A stretch of 64,000 nucleotides of DNA from NCBI RefSeq assembly GCF_009914755.1, contig NC_060926.1; one strand, given 5' to 3'. Shown in pieces: positions 25,307-41,094 of this stretch. The notes under the pieces were generated by a model. It searched no databases. It saw only the letters and a list, made by a program, of their open reading frames with translations, and had not been told where the DNA came from. The position numbers were made by a program, and so were the translations under genes. The DNA comes from the human T2T-CHM13v2.0 reference genome, Homo sapiens. Positions within the stretch are counted from its first letter, which is position 1. Each line of letters opens with the position of its first letter.

Positions 25307-25885
25307 TGCGTATTAATCTGGATCCAGTCAGGACATAGAAATCATAGCAACAATTTAAACAAGAAAAATTAATGTAAGGTATTATTAACTACTAACAGGA
25401 GTGAAAGAGTGTTGTACATGTAAGACTGAGAGAGCAAGAACAAGGAAGGAATAAGAACTTAGAAGAGACACCATCCCCCAGCCTGAGAATCAGATCTTAT
25501 TAGAAAGAGTGTTGCTACCCCAAAAATATGCAAAAGATCAGTGGGGAAGAAGTTTGCTGGAACATGTGGGCTTGGATTGTTGGGTAGAAAAGTCGTGTGG
25601 GGTGGTCAAAAAATTACTACAGAGTGTTTGCCACTAGGTCTCTGGCACACTAATTTCCTAGTAGCTACATCACAGGAAAACAAAAGTACACCAGTACCAA
25701 GGAGAGAAGCCCCTTCCTCTTACTATAACCTTTCAATGTCCTTCCATTGCCCCCTGTTGACAAAGCTTAACATTGCACCAGCTGGCAAAGGAGAAATGTT
25801 CACGGGATTAAGGGCCAGTATCACAGATCAGGTCAAAGAAAGGTGAACTAGGAGTTTACAGACAATAAATTAATAACCAGTGTCA
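25307..25885 (-). mobile_element. LTR41-like ERVL LTR containing a CTCF-like motif
   Basis: CCAGTCAGGA..AGAAA, GGAGAGAAGCCCCTTCCTC, CAGCTGGCAAAGGAGAAATGTT, CAATAAATT..ATAAC. Confidence 0.65.
25747..25760 (-). promoter_or_regulatory. CTCF-like motif in LTR41-like element
   Basis: Minus strand reads TCAACAGGGGGCAA, at the position of the LTR41 CTCF motif. Confidence 0.35.
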
Positions 25886-26183
25886 TATCAAGGGGTCAGT
25901 GTTGGTCTAAATTTCTGACTGGTCACACATTCAGTAGCAGCACTGGCTGCTTAGTGAGAAGGAGCCCATAGTGAAGGTCCCACTTGTGGCCTGACTTTCT
26001 CCAATGCTGGCAACTACAATTGTGGGATTATATGCAAGCACTGGAGTGGCTGAAGTCAAAGGGTGGCTAGCCACTGTTAGATGAGTCTTTCTAACCTAGT
26101 TGTCTGTGCTTTCTCTGTGATGAATGTTGGTGGGCACCGCCATGAGACACAAAAATCCTCACATTTTATTTACTTTCTCATAG

Positions 26184-26536
<353 letters not shown>

Positions 26537-27149
26537 GGTTCTTGACGAAGAAACTAGGTCTTTCATCTCTGCCCCAAAATTTATTAATACCCTCAGTGCA
26601 AGCGTCTTCTTCTACGTCAAAGTGATAACCTAAAGCTTTGTTCAAAATTCTGTCCATTAGTAAGATTTTCCCTCAATGCTGTTTTCTGAAGCCATTTCTA
26701 TTTTTGGCTGGTATCAGTACATTGGTTTATAGTAACTAGCCTCTTCATAAATCTGGGCCAGATTTACGTCCACAGGCTGGACATAAGGAATTCCATATGA
26801 AGTCATAGCTGTGAGCTGAGGATGAGATACTGGAACAACAGAATTTGGTACTTGGAGTCTTGGTCACCTCTTTTTGTAACTTACTTGTCATCTCTGAATT
26901 CATGTCTCTGAATTCTGATTAGGCTGTAGGCCTAATTTTTGTCATTGCTATCATATGGTGGATTTATATTGTGCCTATACAACTTCATTATTTGATAGGT
27001 TGATAATTCCCAATTTATAATTAGTAGCACCAATAATATCCTTAATAGTCACTTGATATACTGGCACTGGACACTTAGTCCCTTTGAGGTTAAGCTATAA
27101 GTTAATAACCAAATACTTATCAGTCAACTTTTTTTTAAACTGTGATTAT

Positions 27150-27265
27150 GAAGATAAGCTCCATAAAGAGAAAAGCTAAGTCTGTCTCATATACTAAGCC
27201 TAGTCATCATGAATATTAAAGTTAGGCACATAGTAGGTGTTCAGTAAATATTTGTTGAGTAAATA
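27150..27265 (+). mobile_element. L2 3' end fragment
   Basis: GGCACATAGTAGGTGTTCAGTAAATATTTGTTGAGTAAAT. Confidence 0.7.
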
Positions 27266-27409
27266 CATCCTAGAGTAACTTCATGGAATTATTTGATGAT
27301 GAGAGATTTAAATCAGTGCCATAAGTCAGCCGATAACAGGTAATACTTTTTCAATTAGACAATATAAGCATAGCTCAGAATTCAGGTTGTCCTATTTTGC
27401 AGCAGCATC

Positions 27410-27473
27410 AGGAGAAGAGGAGGAACAAGGAAATGAGGAAGAAGAGGAAAAGGAGGAAGAGGAAAAGGAGAAG
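27410..27473. repeat. GA-rich (GAG/GAA) low-complexity tract
   Basis: Seen directly. Confidence 0.85.
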
Positions 27474-28779
27474 ATAGTATTTTTCGTATCTAAAACTAAG
27501 ATTTCAACATGCCGTATTCACAGTGTTCAAAGGGTGATACCAAACAGTCAGTTTTATGTTTACCCTGCGATAAGTAAAAATTATAAATATATGCATTTTA
27601 TACTTAGGAAAGCACTGAGATGAAACCCTTTTAATTCCACCATCCTGTCTCCTTTGTTCAATAATGTATATTCATGCTTCTATCAAATTCAGTTTTAGTT
27701 TTTCATGTGTATGCATATATGCTTGTATACACACATGCATACATAGAGTGGGAAAGAGCTATCTCTGAATATATATTGTTGTATTTGTGTGTGTTTATAT
27801 GTGTGTTTGCATATGAATGTTTGTATGTGTGTGTGCATGTAGGTGTAGCTAGAAAGAAAGAAATGGGAACTTTTAACTATGAGTCCACAGAACTGTCCCA
27901 AATCACAATACAGCTATTTGAAAATAGAAAGGATTGGCATGGTCATTTATTATTTCCCTTAACATTTTTTTAATCTAAAAACTAATTGAATGCCTCTTCT
28001 GAAAAATATATTATGCCAATAATATACCTTATGACTAAGGCAGTCAGCAGGGTAAATTTCCAGATTATTATTTAAAAAGCTATTGTCTGTAGAAAAGAAA
28101 AGCCATGCATAAAAATCTTATCTCTTTTGATATGGGTAGTATGTTAAAGAACACTGTCACAGCATTTCCTAAATCTAGAAAATAAAATTTGTTGGAAATA
28201 TCCGTATTTTAGGATATTGTCTAAAAACATGATTAAAGTTTTAAAATGGAATGTATCAAGTGATCCAGATCCACTTAGGTAACTAGCTAATGCCATAGAT
28301 GAAAAGCACTTGCAGGCAGAGATAACTAGTTGTGAGCTGATTTTATATATTCAAAAGGAATGATTTTATTTTTGATGAAATAAAATTTAAAAAATAATGT
28401 GCAATCAATTAAAAATCATAATATGCAGGAGACAGACTTAGTAGTATTACATTTAAGAATCAAGGCAATGCTTTCTGAAATACCTAACTTGTAGAATAAA
28501 TCATATTTATAGCATGAATAAATTAGGAAATAGGTGACTGAAAGAGTAGGTTAATTAAAATTATTGCATTTTCTGAACTGGAAAAGGAAATACCTTGGTG
28601 AGCTAGTCTATCAGAGTCTGGCAGTGATTTCAGCCAAAGTAATCAAAGCAGATGGGCATTCAGAAATGACCCCAAAAGACTTTATTTTTATGGTCATATA
28701 CTGAGTCACAGAGCTTACCATATTATCTTTATTCAAAACATTATTATCACATGAATATTTGTGCAGACTAAATATAATT

Positions 28780-28955
28780 GTATAACTTCTTGAGAATTAG
28801 GCAAGTTATCTATTATACCTTTCTTTCATCTCATTTGCCTCACTTATGAAATAAAGATAATAATAATACTCATCTCCTATGATTTTTTTAAAGATTGAAT
28901 CAAATAATATATAAGATAGAACATTGGCACAGACTAAAGCTTTCAATAAATGAAA
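28780..28955 (+). mobile_element. MIR
   Basis: GGCAAGTTA..CCTCACTTATGAAATAAAGATAATAATA..TGGCACA..TCAATAAATG. Confidence 0.65.
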
Positions 28956-29364
28956 ACTAGTACGTTTTAAAATATTAGCTGTGCTTTGACGTTTTTGGTA
29001 TAGCCCCCATTAAAGACGTTTACAATTTACAATTATGTAAATTTTTGTTTCATTTTATGGTGTTTGGGTTTATAACAGCTTTGCAAGCAGTTAAATAGAT
29101 TACAACTAAGTAGACTATGCTAATCTAATCAAAGAGGCAACCGAATTAGGCTTCTGTTTTTGTTTTTCTTTAGCAGTTTTATCTATATGAAAATTATCCT
29201 CTTCAAGATCTTTCAGGAAAGCTTTTCCACTGTTGGAGCACTTTTAATAAATAGGGTTTTGGTTAAGGGAAGAAAATTAACAAGAGACCTCAAAGAAAAT
29301 TCACTTCATAAAGGATATAGACTTTTAGATGACATAGCACCTTACAGCGAGTTTGGAGATGGAG

Positions 29365-29432
29365 AAGAGTCAGCTGGGAAATAAAAAGTCAGCTGGGGAA
29401 AAAAAAAAAAGAGTCAGCTGGGAAAAAAAATA
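29365..29432 (+). repeat. Three tandem copies of AGTCAGCTGGG separated by A-tracts
   Basis: Seen directly. Confidence 0.9.
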
Positions 29433-31411
29433 AAATAAGATTCAGGGGCTAAAAATGAAATCTGTAATTGGAAAAGGTCTACAAGATCATTATGTCTTTT
29501 GAATTGCAAACACCAGGTATTATAACTTATGAGAAAGATGTTTTGGAGTATGCAGACAACAGGTGATCTAATGCTTCTATTTGTTCCTATACGATCAGAG
29601 GTCCTAGTTCACATTGCTTATTAATCAGAAAGAAGGTTTTCAATTTATTGGCCTTACTCCTGACCTTTCATTCCGTTGAAACTAAAGAATCCCACATGTT
29701 GGTATTGCAAAATGAGACAACTTCATTTACAGTTAGATCTGATTTTATATAGCATATTATATATAGCATATTGTGTTTTAATTTTGTTTTTAGTAGGGGG
29801 AGTGGGAGAAGGATGCTGTAACATTCACAAAGATCAAGAATACATGTTATAGACAAACAGGTTTAATTCCTACAAGTGACATATGCTATGTGACTCTGGG
29901 CACACATTCTTTAATGTTAAGGCCTGTTCCTTATTTGTTATTTAATCAATAGCACCCACCACAGAGTGTGTATGAAACAATCACACAAGAAATGCATATT
30001 GAAAAAGCAAATGGTATTTTTTAACTTCATGTTCTCTTTCCTATTTAAAATGGGAATAAAAATTCTTTATAAATTCGTGGGAATTAAATAACGTCCACTA
30101 AACACTGGATAGAGAAAGTACCTGACGTATAGTAAGTCCTCAATCAATAGTAGCTTTTATTATTTGTATTAAAAATATTCAACTGCATGACAAGATTTTT
30201 TTTGGACAGAGAGAACTATTACTGCTTTAAACATCAGGCCTGTCAGGAATTTATATCATTTACTATTATTTTATTTATATACAAATTTGTCAATTATTTT
30301 GATACACATTAGAAAATAAATTTTTTTATCACTGGATAATTATGACAGAGTTTTAGGTTAGCATTTTTATAGTTCGGTTGGATTTGGAACAGATTTGATA
30401 CAGATAAATCTTGAAAACCTAAATTAAGTGAGAAAGAAGTTTAATCCCAGGAAACATTTTTGTCCCTTTTTTTACTTTTCCTTCCTTAAATACAGTGGGA
30501 ATTTAGATGGAAGTGCCAAATGCAGTTCCCTATATGGGGATAAAATTGCCTGGTAAGAAGTTGTTTTTCTTCCTACCAATCGTTTGTTTCCTGGATTTTA
30601 ATCTATGAAAGTCATCCCAACTGTCCCTTCTTATTATTATCATACTTTTTTAATCAAAGTACTCACTAGATTTGATACAGTTTAATTTCAAACCTTAATC
30701 AAGCATTGGGTTCATTTCTATGCCATCCTTTTGATTGTCAACATGGCTTCTAAGTGTCATTGAGAACTGTATTGGGAAAAGCCAGCCATTTCTGAAGTCT
30801 CCTTATAAGAATTTTCTTTATCTGTTTATTATATAAAGTGCAATTTGTAACTAAGCTGTCCTGTATTTCTTTTGCTGACAGCACTTGCAGCCAGCGAAAC
30901 AGTTCAGGTCCATGACTTCATCCGATACCCACTGATTACCCAGTACAGGATGATGATTTTTAACTCCAAATCAGCACTAGCTCCCTGATGACTCTAATTC
31001 CAGTAATAGCAATATTGCTTCAACAAAAAGAGAAGGACCATCTGAGACCTTCTACATTTATTCTTATACATTAGCTTATCCTGAAGTGTTCAAAAACCTT
31101 TGGTGGAGGAGATAGTGGAGGAAAGGGATAATATTTTATTTTTATTAAACTAAAGGTATATTCAGAGGCACTCCTGTTGGCTTAATGGAAAAGGATATGA
31201 CTCATTAGTAGCTTTTTTTATTGGTAATTTTGGGTACTAGCAGAGGAACAGTATCACTTCTATTCTCTGAGAGCCGAAGTTGATCTATGCTCCTTTTGCC
31301 AAGAGAACTGCTCCCAGGGAGGAAAGTCTTTTCTACCATGCCTGTTGGCATTATTGCTCTGTCAATACAGACCTACTTTCTCCACATAGCCTCTAATAGC
31401 CCCGAACTTAC

Positions 31412-31478
31412 AGATCTGATAGCCAGGTTCTATCACCTGAGACAACTTTGGATCTTTTGAACTTCTGAGTCCACAATC
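31412..31478 (-). other. Candidate non-coding exon (minus strand)
   Basis: Acceptor TTTTTTCTTTAG|G and donor TCT|GTAAGT, 67 bp. Confidence 0.3.
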
Positions 31479-32711
31479 CTAAAGAAAAAACTATTATTCT
31501 AGGGAAAAATTAGGTCTAGTCCCTTGGGTCTATCAATTTTAGCTAAAGTAATATGATTATATAAAATCATAATATCTCCAATAGGAACCAGATGAATATA
31601 AGGGGGAGAGGAGAAGTCTTTTGGCAGTTTGTCATGTTTTCTACAGTGTCTCACTTCCACACCCTCTTCCCAATTAGAATTATCCATTTCTGCACAGAAT
31701 GGTAAAATAATCTATTTTGGGCTACCAGAAAACTATCACCAAACCTCAGCTTGACCTTGTTTGTTAATGTCTCGTTATTGAGTCTAGAAAGTGGTGGTAT
31801 CTGAGTCCTTAATCATTCAAATTTCTCTGCTGTGTATTAAATTGCAGAACTTACAAAACATGTCAACTAGTTTTCAAATCCTGATCCAATGAATTTCTGG
31901 TATTGATTCTAGGTTTAAAATTGCACCGTTTCTCTAGATCCCATTTTACAGTTGATCTTTAAGTGACAATTTGATATATAGTAGCTTTTCACATAATCTA
32001 TGTTCATATTACTTCCTAGTCTTTTGTAACGGTGGTAGGAGAAATCATTGTCAACCATTTCAATGAACTACAAAGAAATAGATGTACAGAAAAAGTTAAG
32101 GAAAAAATATACCAGAAATCTTCCATTAAAAAACAGGCAGATGAATCTGTACAAGATTGTAGTACAAAACTAGCATGAACATTGGGAATCCTAAATCAAA
32201 AGCTCTTCACTTAGTTTAAGTTCTTGGGACTTACCACTAATGAGACTTGAAATTCCTTCAAAATTTAGTATAGAATAAAAATCAGATTTCCAGGAAGACT
32301 TGTCAAAAATATCTAAGCAATTGAATCAGAAACCTATTGGATTATTTTCTCTTAAGTAGAATACATCATTTTCTTTCCATAAATAGACAACATAAACACC
32401 ACCTGTTAACAATGATTCAATTAATTCAATCAATAGAGTCAGTCTTGCTTTGAGGATCAAAACTAAGCCAAAACCAAACAAAGCTCAAAACAATGTTTTC
32501 CCCACAATAATAGAATATTTGTACCTTAGCTTGTTATAAACATACTAAAAGTAATATGCCATATTAATTAGTCTATGATGTCACAATTGTTGATGACTCA
32601 TTACTTTTTAATTTTTTTTTTACTTTGGCCTCATCTTTATTCTTACAAGTCTAAAACTCAAAATTAATAAGAGAGTGGTAAATCAATGATAAAAAGACCA
32701 AAATTATAATT

Positions 32712-33865
32712 GTTTCTTACATCATATACAAAAATCAACTCAAGATGGATTTAAGACCTAAATGTAAAGCCTAAACTATAAAAACCCTGGATGATAACCT
32801 AGGACATTCTGGACATAAGACCTGGCAAACATTTCATGATGAAAATGCCAAAAGCAACTGCAACAAAAACAAAAAAAATTGACAAATGGGACCTAATTAA
32901 AGAGCTTCTGCACCATAAAAGTAACTATTAAGAGAGTAAACAGACAACCTACAGAATGGGAAAAAATATTTTCAAGCTATGCATCTAACAAACGTCTAAT
33001 ATACAGGATCTATAAGGAACTTAAATCTACAAGCGAAAACAACCCCCTTAAAAAGTGACCAAGCACATAAACAGACACTTTTCAAAAGAAGACATAGAAG
33101 TGGCCAACAAGCATATGAAAAGCTCAACATCACCAATCGTTAGAGAAATGCAAATCAAAACCACAAGGAGATACCATCTCACACTAGTCACAATGGCTAT
33201 TACTAAAATGTAAAAAATTAACAGATGCTGGAGAGGTTGTGCAAAAAAGGGAATGCTTATACACTGCTGATTGAAATGTAAATTAGTTCAGTCACTTTGG
33301 AAAGCAGTTTAAGGATTTCTCAAAAAACTAAAACAGAATTACCATATGACCCAGCAATCCCATTATAGAGAAATATAAATTATTCTACCGTAAAGTCACA
33401 TATATGTGTACATTCATCACAGCACTGTTCACAATAACAAAATCATGGAATTAACCTAAATGCCTATCAATAGTACAATGGACAAATAAAATAATGTGGT
33501 ACATATATACCATGGAATACTATGCAGCCATAAAAAATGAGATCATGTCCTTTGTGGGAACATGGATGAAGCTGGAGGCTGTTATTGTACACCAACTAAT
33601 ACAGAGACAGAAACACAAATACTGTATGTTCTTACTTGTAAGTGGGAGCTAAACAATGAGTACATATGAACACAAGGGAACAACACACATCAAGGCCTAC
33701 TTGAGGGTGAAGGGTGGGATGAGGGTGATGATCAAAAACTATGTATCAGGTACTGATTACCGGGGTGACAAATGATCCCTACACAAAACTGCTGCAACAT
33801 GCAATTTACCTATATAAGGACATGCACATGTACCCCTGAACCTAAAATAATAGTAAAGAAAAAGA
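32712..33865 (+). mobile_element. 5'-truncated L1PA15/16-like
   Basis: ORF2 3' end (AAAATCAACTCAAGATGGAT...) and 3' UTR ending TACCCCTGAACCTAAAATAA. Confidence 0.9.
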
Positions 33866-34061
33866 AAATAGTTACAATAAGTTCCATAATATTAATGAGT
33901 TAGTTAAGTGGATGCTTTACCTATTGGTTCCATCATGTGTGCTTGTTTAATTATTTTTTTGTATGACAGTTTATTAGAAGCATGATTAATTTTTGAATAA
34001 AAAACTCCCTGAAGCTTTCTAGAGAAAAGAATAATATTTTACTGTTTTAAGCAGTATTTAA

Positions 34062-34373
<312 letters not shown>

Positions 34374-34556
34374 TAAACAAACATACAAAAACAATACTTA
34401 CAGATTCAATAGATGAGACTGATTATCTCAAAAGTTCCACCGTGGCAAAAGCCCCATGGGGACTGGAATTTCAGTCTATTGGTTTCTATGTTGTATGCCT
34501 ATTGTCCCAAAGAGAAACTTGGGGCATCATTTCTTATCTCTCATTTTAAAAAGAGG

Positions 34557-35944
<1,388 letters not shown>

Positions 35945-36178
35945 ATTCCTATTTTATACAAGTTGTCTGACAAAATGCAATAAAAGACAAAGATGCCTAG
36001 TTCATTTTATGAAGCTAGTGTGTTTTTGATTACCATAAAGATAATGACAATATAAGAAAAGTATAGGCTTATTTTACATAGGAATATACACACACATGCT
36101 TAGGAATGTATGTGTAGCATTAAATATTTGAATATATATCATTAGATATTAAAATATACACATGTAGCATTAAATCTT

Positions 36179-36483
<305 letters not shown>

Positions 36484-37085
36484 GGCATTAAATCTTAAAA
36501 TAATACATAAGCTTACCAAATTTCAAGTTTTGTCTTATAATCATAAGATTGGATGTAAATATAAGAATGATTCAGTATAAGAAAAATGTTTCAATGACAG
36601 TCAACCCATTAAAAGAAAACAATATTTTTTGTTATCTCTATAAAAATATTTTTTAGTTATCTCTAAAAAAACACTCAGTAAATGAAGACTAGCAGAAAAC
36701 TTCCTTAACTTGATAAAAATTGTGCACCAAAACCAATAGTAAACAGTATACTTGACAAGGAAATTTTAGACATACTTCTTTTACTATTGGGAACAAAGAC
36801 ATATTTAGCATAGTATTGGAAGTCCTGCCTAATGGTAACAGAAAGAACAATAGAAACAGAAAGAACAGAAAGAACAATAATTAAGAAGTGCAAGGATTAG
36901 AAATGGAAATATATAGATCTCATTATATGAAGATATTTATCTACCTAAGGAAAACAGAACAATAGAATAAACATAGAAACAAAAAAGAATAAATGAGAGC
37001 CCTGTGAGTTGCCTGGCGCTGGACACAAGATATGTCTGTAAAAGGCAACAGCATTTCTCTACACTTTTTCTAAACAATTACCATC

Positions 37086-37479
37086 TGAAGGGATATGATT
37101 GCCGACAGCACTTTCATACATTTGTTGAGGATGTTGGTGTCCAGAGTAAGAAAAGGTTTGTCAGTTTTCCATTATAAAATGTTTGAACTCTCTAAGCCGA
37201 GGTTTTAGCTCCTAAAAGCCCCCCTCCTCCCCCACTGCATGTGCAGGCATCATCTAGCCTTCTTCACATTTCCTCATAGAAACTGGACTTCAGAGAATGA
37301 GTGCAAAAAACGGATATTCTGGCTAATGTTATCACTGTGTGTAATGAATTGTCCTGTTTCTCTGAACCAAGAGTCATGTGTCTTCTGCCAGCATCCATGA
37401 AACTGTGATAGGCTAACTTATTAGCTTGCATGTCAGGTAAGAATCTCAGAGCTTGACACCACCTAGAAAGTTCTTGACA
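37086..37479 (+). mobile_element. ERVL-class solo LTR (MER54/MER74-like)
   Basis: TCTTCTGCCAGCATCCATGAAACTGTG..GGCTAACTT.TTAGCTTGCA, TG...TTGACA termini, 5-bp TSD CCATC/CCACC. Confidence 0.65.
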
Positions 37480-38555
37480 CCACCTAGAAAGTAGGACACC
37501 ATCACACCAGCACCTAAAACTTTAACTCATATAGTAACTTAGCTTATCATGCATACCCTATGGAGGAAAAGCTATAAAATTAAGGGTATAAAAGAAGATC
37601 TTAATTTTTAAGAGACATTTCATGTTTTTAGAAGGGATGGTTTACTATTATAAATGAATCAGTTGTTCTATTTCAAATTTTATATTTAGATAAGCTTAAA
37701 AATCTACAACTTCTATGGAAGAACAATTCATGAATAAACTGATCTTAAATAATTAGGAGTAAAGCAGAGGTATTTGCTAAAATAGAAGAAATATAACAAA
37801 ATATAGTTATACATACTGTGTGATATTGGCTCAATAACATTAGTTCAAATATGTTGCCATATATATCATATATATGGTATAATACATATTATATATTCTA
37901 TGGAGCAGAATAGAATACTCAGAGATATAATCTCATCCTAAAAATTGAAGTTCAGTGTTCCTGTAAAACATTAGATCATAAGTTTTATCTAAAACATTCA
38001 AATTTCTCCCAGCAGATTACATTTAAAAGCAAAATTTAACAGAAGTGCTCTTGGATTTCTTTTTGGAGTGTTCCTCTAGTCCAGTGTTGAAAAGGCAGGC
38101 TCAAGGTTTAATAGCTTAAGCTAGGTAGAAAAGTATCTTGGAAAGTGTTCAGGGACTGACAAAGGGAAGCCTATAAATCAGTGTGAACACAATTGAAGTA
38201 AGCGTAGTTAACTTTCAAATTGCTGTACCTATGCCAAACTTCATACATTTGTAATCACAGTTTTTCATAGTGCATTTTAGCGTCCAGTGGTTTGTCTAAA
38301 CATGGGTGGCAAACTAATCTTCCATGAGTTGAATTATATCCATATAATTTGTCTAGTCCAGAATTTAAGAAACTTGTGAAGGTGAATTTCATTAGAGAGA
38401 GAGAATGTTCACAACAGCCTTACCACTTCATATCATCTTTATATAAAGCCACACATTTACCTTACCTACCTAAGCTCATGTGTGTGAATAAGATTGTAAT
38501 TTGAGGTCTAAATCTGAAAGGATGGGAGCTTTAATTGGTGCAAAAAATCTACCCA

Positions 38556-38867
<312 letters not shown>

Positions 38868-40155
38868 TCCTCTACCCAGACTCACTTTTAGGATCATCTC
38901 TGTTTTAGTATTCTGAGGTGGGTCTTAGATACTTGGTTTTTTTTCATTTCAGAAATCAAATTTAACATGGAGAAGAGAATGAGTAATTTGCTTCCCTCTG
39001 AGCTTCATCCTTTTTCATATGAATCCTGCTCACCAAGAACTTCACAATATATTTTGCCCCAGTTATCCTCACTTTAGGCTTGGCTGTTCAGGTCCACTAG
39101 ATGGAGGAATTCTACACACAGGTTATTGATCAATGTGTTTCATGCGGCAGACCCATGTTTTTGAAATGATGTCAGAATAATCTGGTCCTTTTTGCTCTGG
39201 TTAAAGTTGCATTAGATAACATATATTTTTTTGTATGCCAAATAAATCTAAAAGCCTTAATAACACTGGTTTACATTAATAAGTCAAAATAATAGATAAA
39301 ACAAATTTAAAAATTTACTGACAATTTTTACAGATATAATAAAATTCAGAAACAGCACAAGGAGCCTCAATGAACGTATTATATTTCCAGTTAATCAGTG
39401 ATGCCAATGCCAGGTTATTTTAATAGTATAATATGAATAGAAATCATAAAATACCTTTAAAAAAGTGATTTTTGTGAGTAAAGGAACATGCAAATTTTAA
39501 AACACTGGCCCTGTTATAAAAATGGATCTTCCCATGTGTGTGCATTTAAGTTGAATTCACTGCTCTGAAGGACACACAGCTGATTTACTCCAAAGAGTGT
39601 CCTTTAAATCTCTGAGGTTAACAGGGAACTTGGTAAATTGATAGTGTAGAACCTAGTGAAAGATTTGAATATAAATAGAGGTCCTCAAACTTTACTGCTG
39701 ACCTTGAGATTTGGAAATAATATTTGTCACATTATTAGAAAGCTATTGCTTTTTCAATGACAAATTATTTGTCATGTGGGGTTGTAATCATTAGACCCCA
39801 TTTTTTATAGTATTGATTGTTTGTGCAAACACGAGATTTAGTCAGAGTTTTATTTACATTTTTTTCCCAACCTCTCCTGCTAGATTCTATGGTGCTTTAA
39901 ATATCTTTTATTTTGGACAATTGCAAGGGAAAAACAGTCACATAGAATTTCTTTGTTTTGATGTATAGAATGTAACATTTGAAGTTTAATTACAGTATCA
40001 TGGTCCTTTTCTCCATTTTAATTACCCTCTATCTATAGATTTTATATCAAATGTGCCATTTTTTATATGGTTCATCCACGAGAAAGAGAAAATCATCTGA
40101 TAAAATCCACTTGCTTGACCTTTACAGTTAGGTCTTTCTTGGTATTTTTAAGAGC

Positions 40156-40697
40156 TGTGCCAGCACCTTCAGTAGTCCATGATGTACCTCTGTTAAACAG
40201 GAAAAATTTCACAGAAGCTCTGTTTCAGACAAGGTCACTCCGTGACATGATGCAGTGGGACAAAAACCAACAACAATTCATGATGTTGACTAAGTAAAGA
40301 GAAAAACCACATTACTGTACAAACCCTAAAATATCAAACATCCTTCCTTTCCAACTAAAATGAGTGACTGGTATCTATTTACGAATTACAGCTTTAAAGT
40401 TGCTCTCATCTTCTCTTCTTCCAATAAGATTTAAAAATTATGGCTCTTAAAATTATGTGCAGTTCCTGATAACATTCAATGCAGACAAAAGCCTTACTTG
40501 TTTGAACCCTCCCCCAAATCACCTAACAAAAGGCAGAATCTTGAAAGGACCTTGTAGTAAGTCCTTTCTCATACCCTCTTACCGACACAGCCCATAATCC
40601 CCTATGATGTATGTTTTCCTTCCCTGTAATGCCCAATAAGTCCAACTTGTTTTACTGGTGTGTTTCTGCGTATCTCTTTCTAGAGGACATTCTGACC
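40156..40697 (+). mobile_element. MER92/MER110-like ERV1 LTR
   Basis: TCAGACAAGGTCACTC, TGAGTGACTG, TTGAACCCTCCCCCAAATCACCTAAC, AAGTCCTTTCT..ACCCTCTTAC. Boundaries approximate. Confidence 0.6.
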
Positions 40698-40723
40698 CAT
40701 TCATTACAACCTTGGTTTGTGTC
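40583..40723 (-). other. Candidate exon (minus strand), donor supplied by the antisense LTR
   Basis: Acceptor (TG)n-TTTTAAG|G and donor TCG|GTAAGA, 141 bp. Confidence 0.3.
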
Positions 40724-40729
40724 CTTAAA

Positions 40730-40762
<33 letters not shown>

Positions 40763-41094
40763 GCAAAATAACAACCTAATAAAATCAAGATATATAATAA
40801 CTTCAGAGTTCATACCTAGTTATTATCTTGAGTCTCAATCAGTGAATTATTTCTAGCATACTTCAGCATTCTATATCTTCAGGCACCAGAAAATTGAACT
40901 TGAAAACAAAAAGTAATTCTAGTTGTAGTCTTCAAAACTACTTTCTAAAACTGTTTAAAAAAATCAAAAGGGAACCCAAGATAAAAAAAAAAAAAAGCTG
41001 GTATTTTTATTCTATCTAGAGAGAAGCTTGTCAAAAACAATAGTTCCCAAACTCTATTTCATAAATTATTGATTCTCAATTAATTATAAATTAA

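Noticed and set aside
27387-27623. Glu-rich ORF
   Set aside because: Translation of a GA-rich low-complexity tract.
29365-29432. CRISPR-like repeat-spacer array
   Set aside because: Only three 11-bp units with A-tract spacers, in eukaryotic DNA, with no cas genes.
30882-31003. Plus-strand coding exon after a TTTTGCTGACAG acceptor
   Set aside because: Stops in all frames, no convincing donor, no recognisable peptide.
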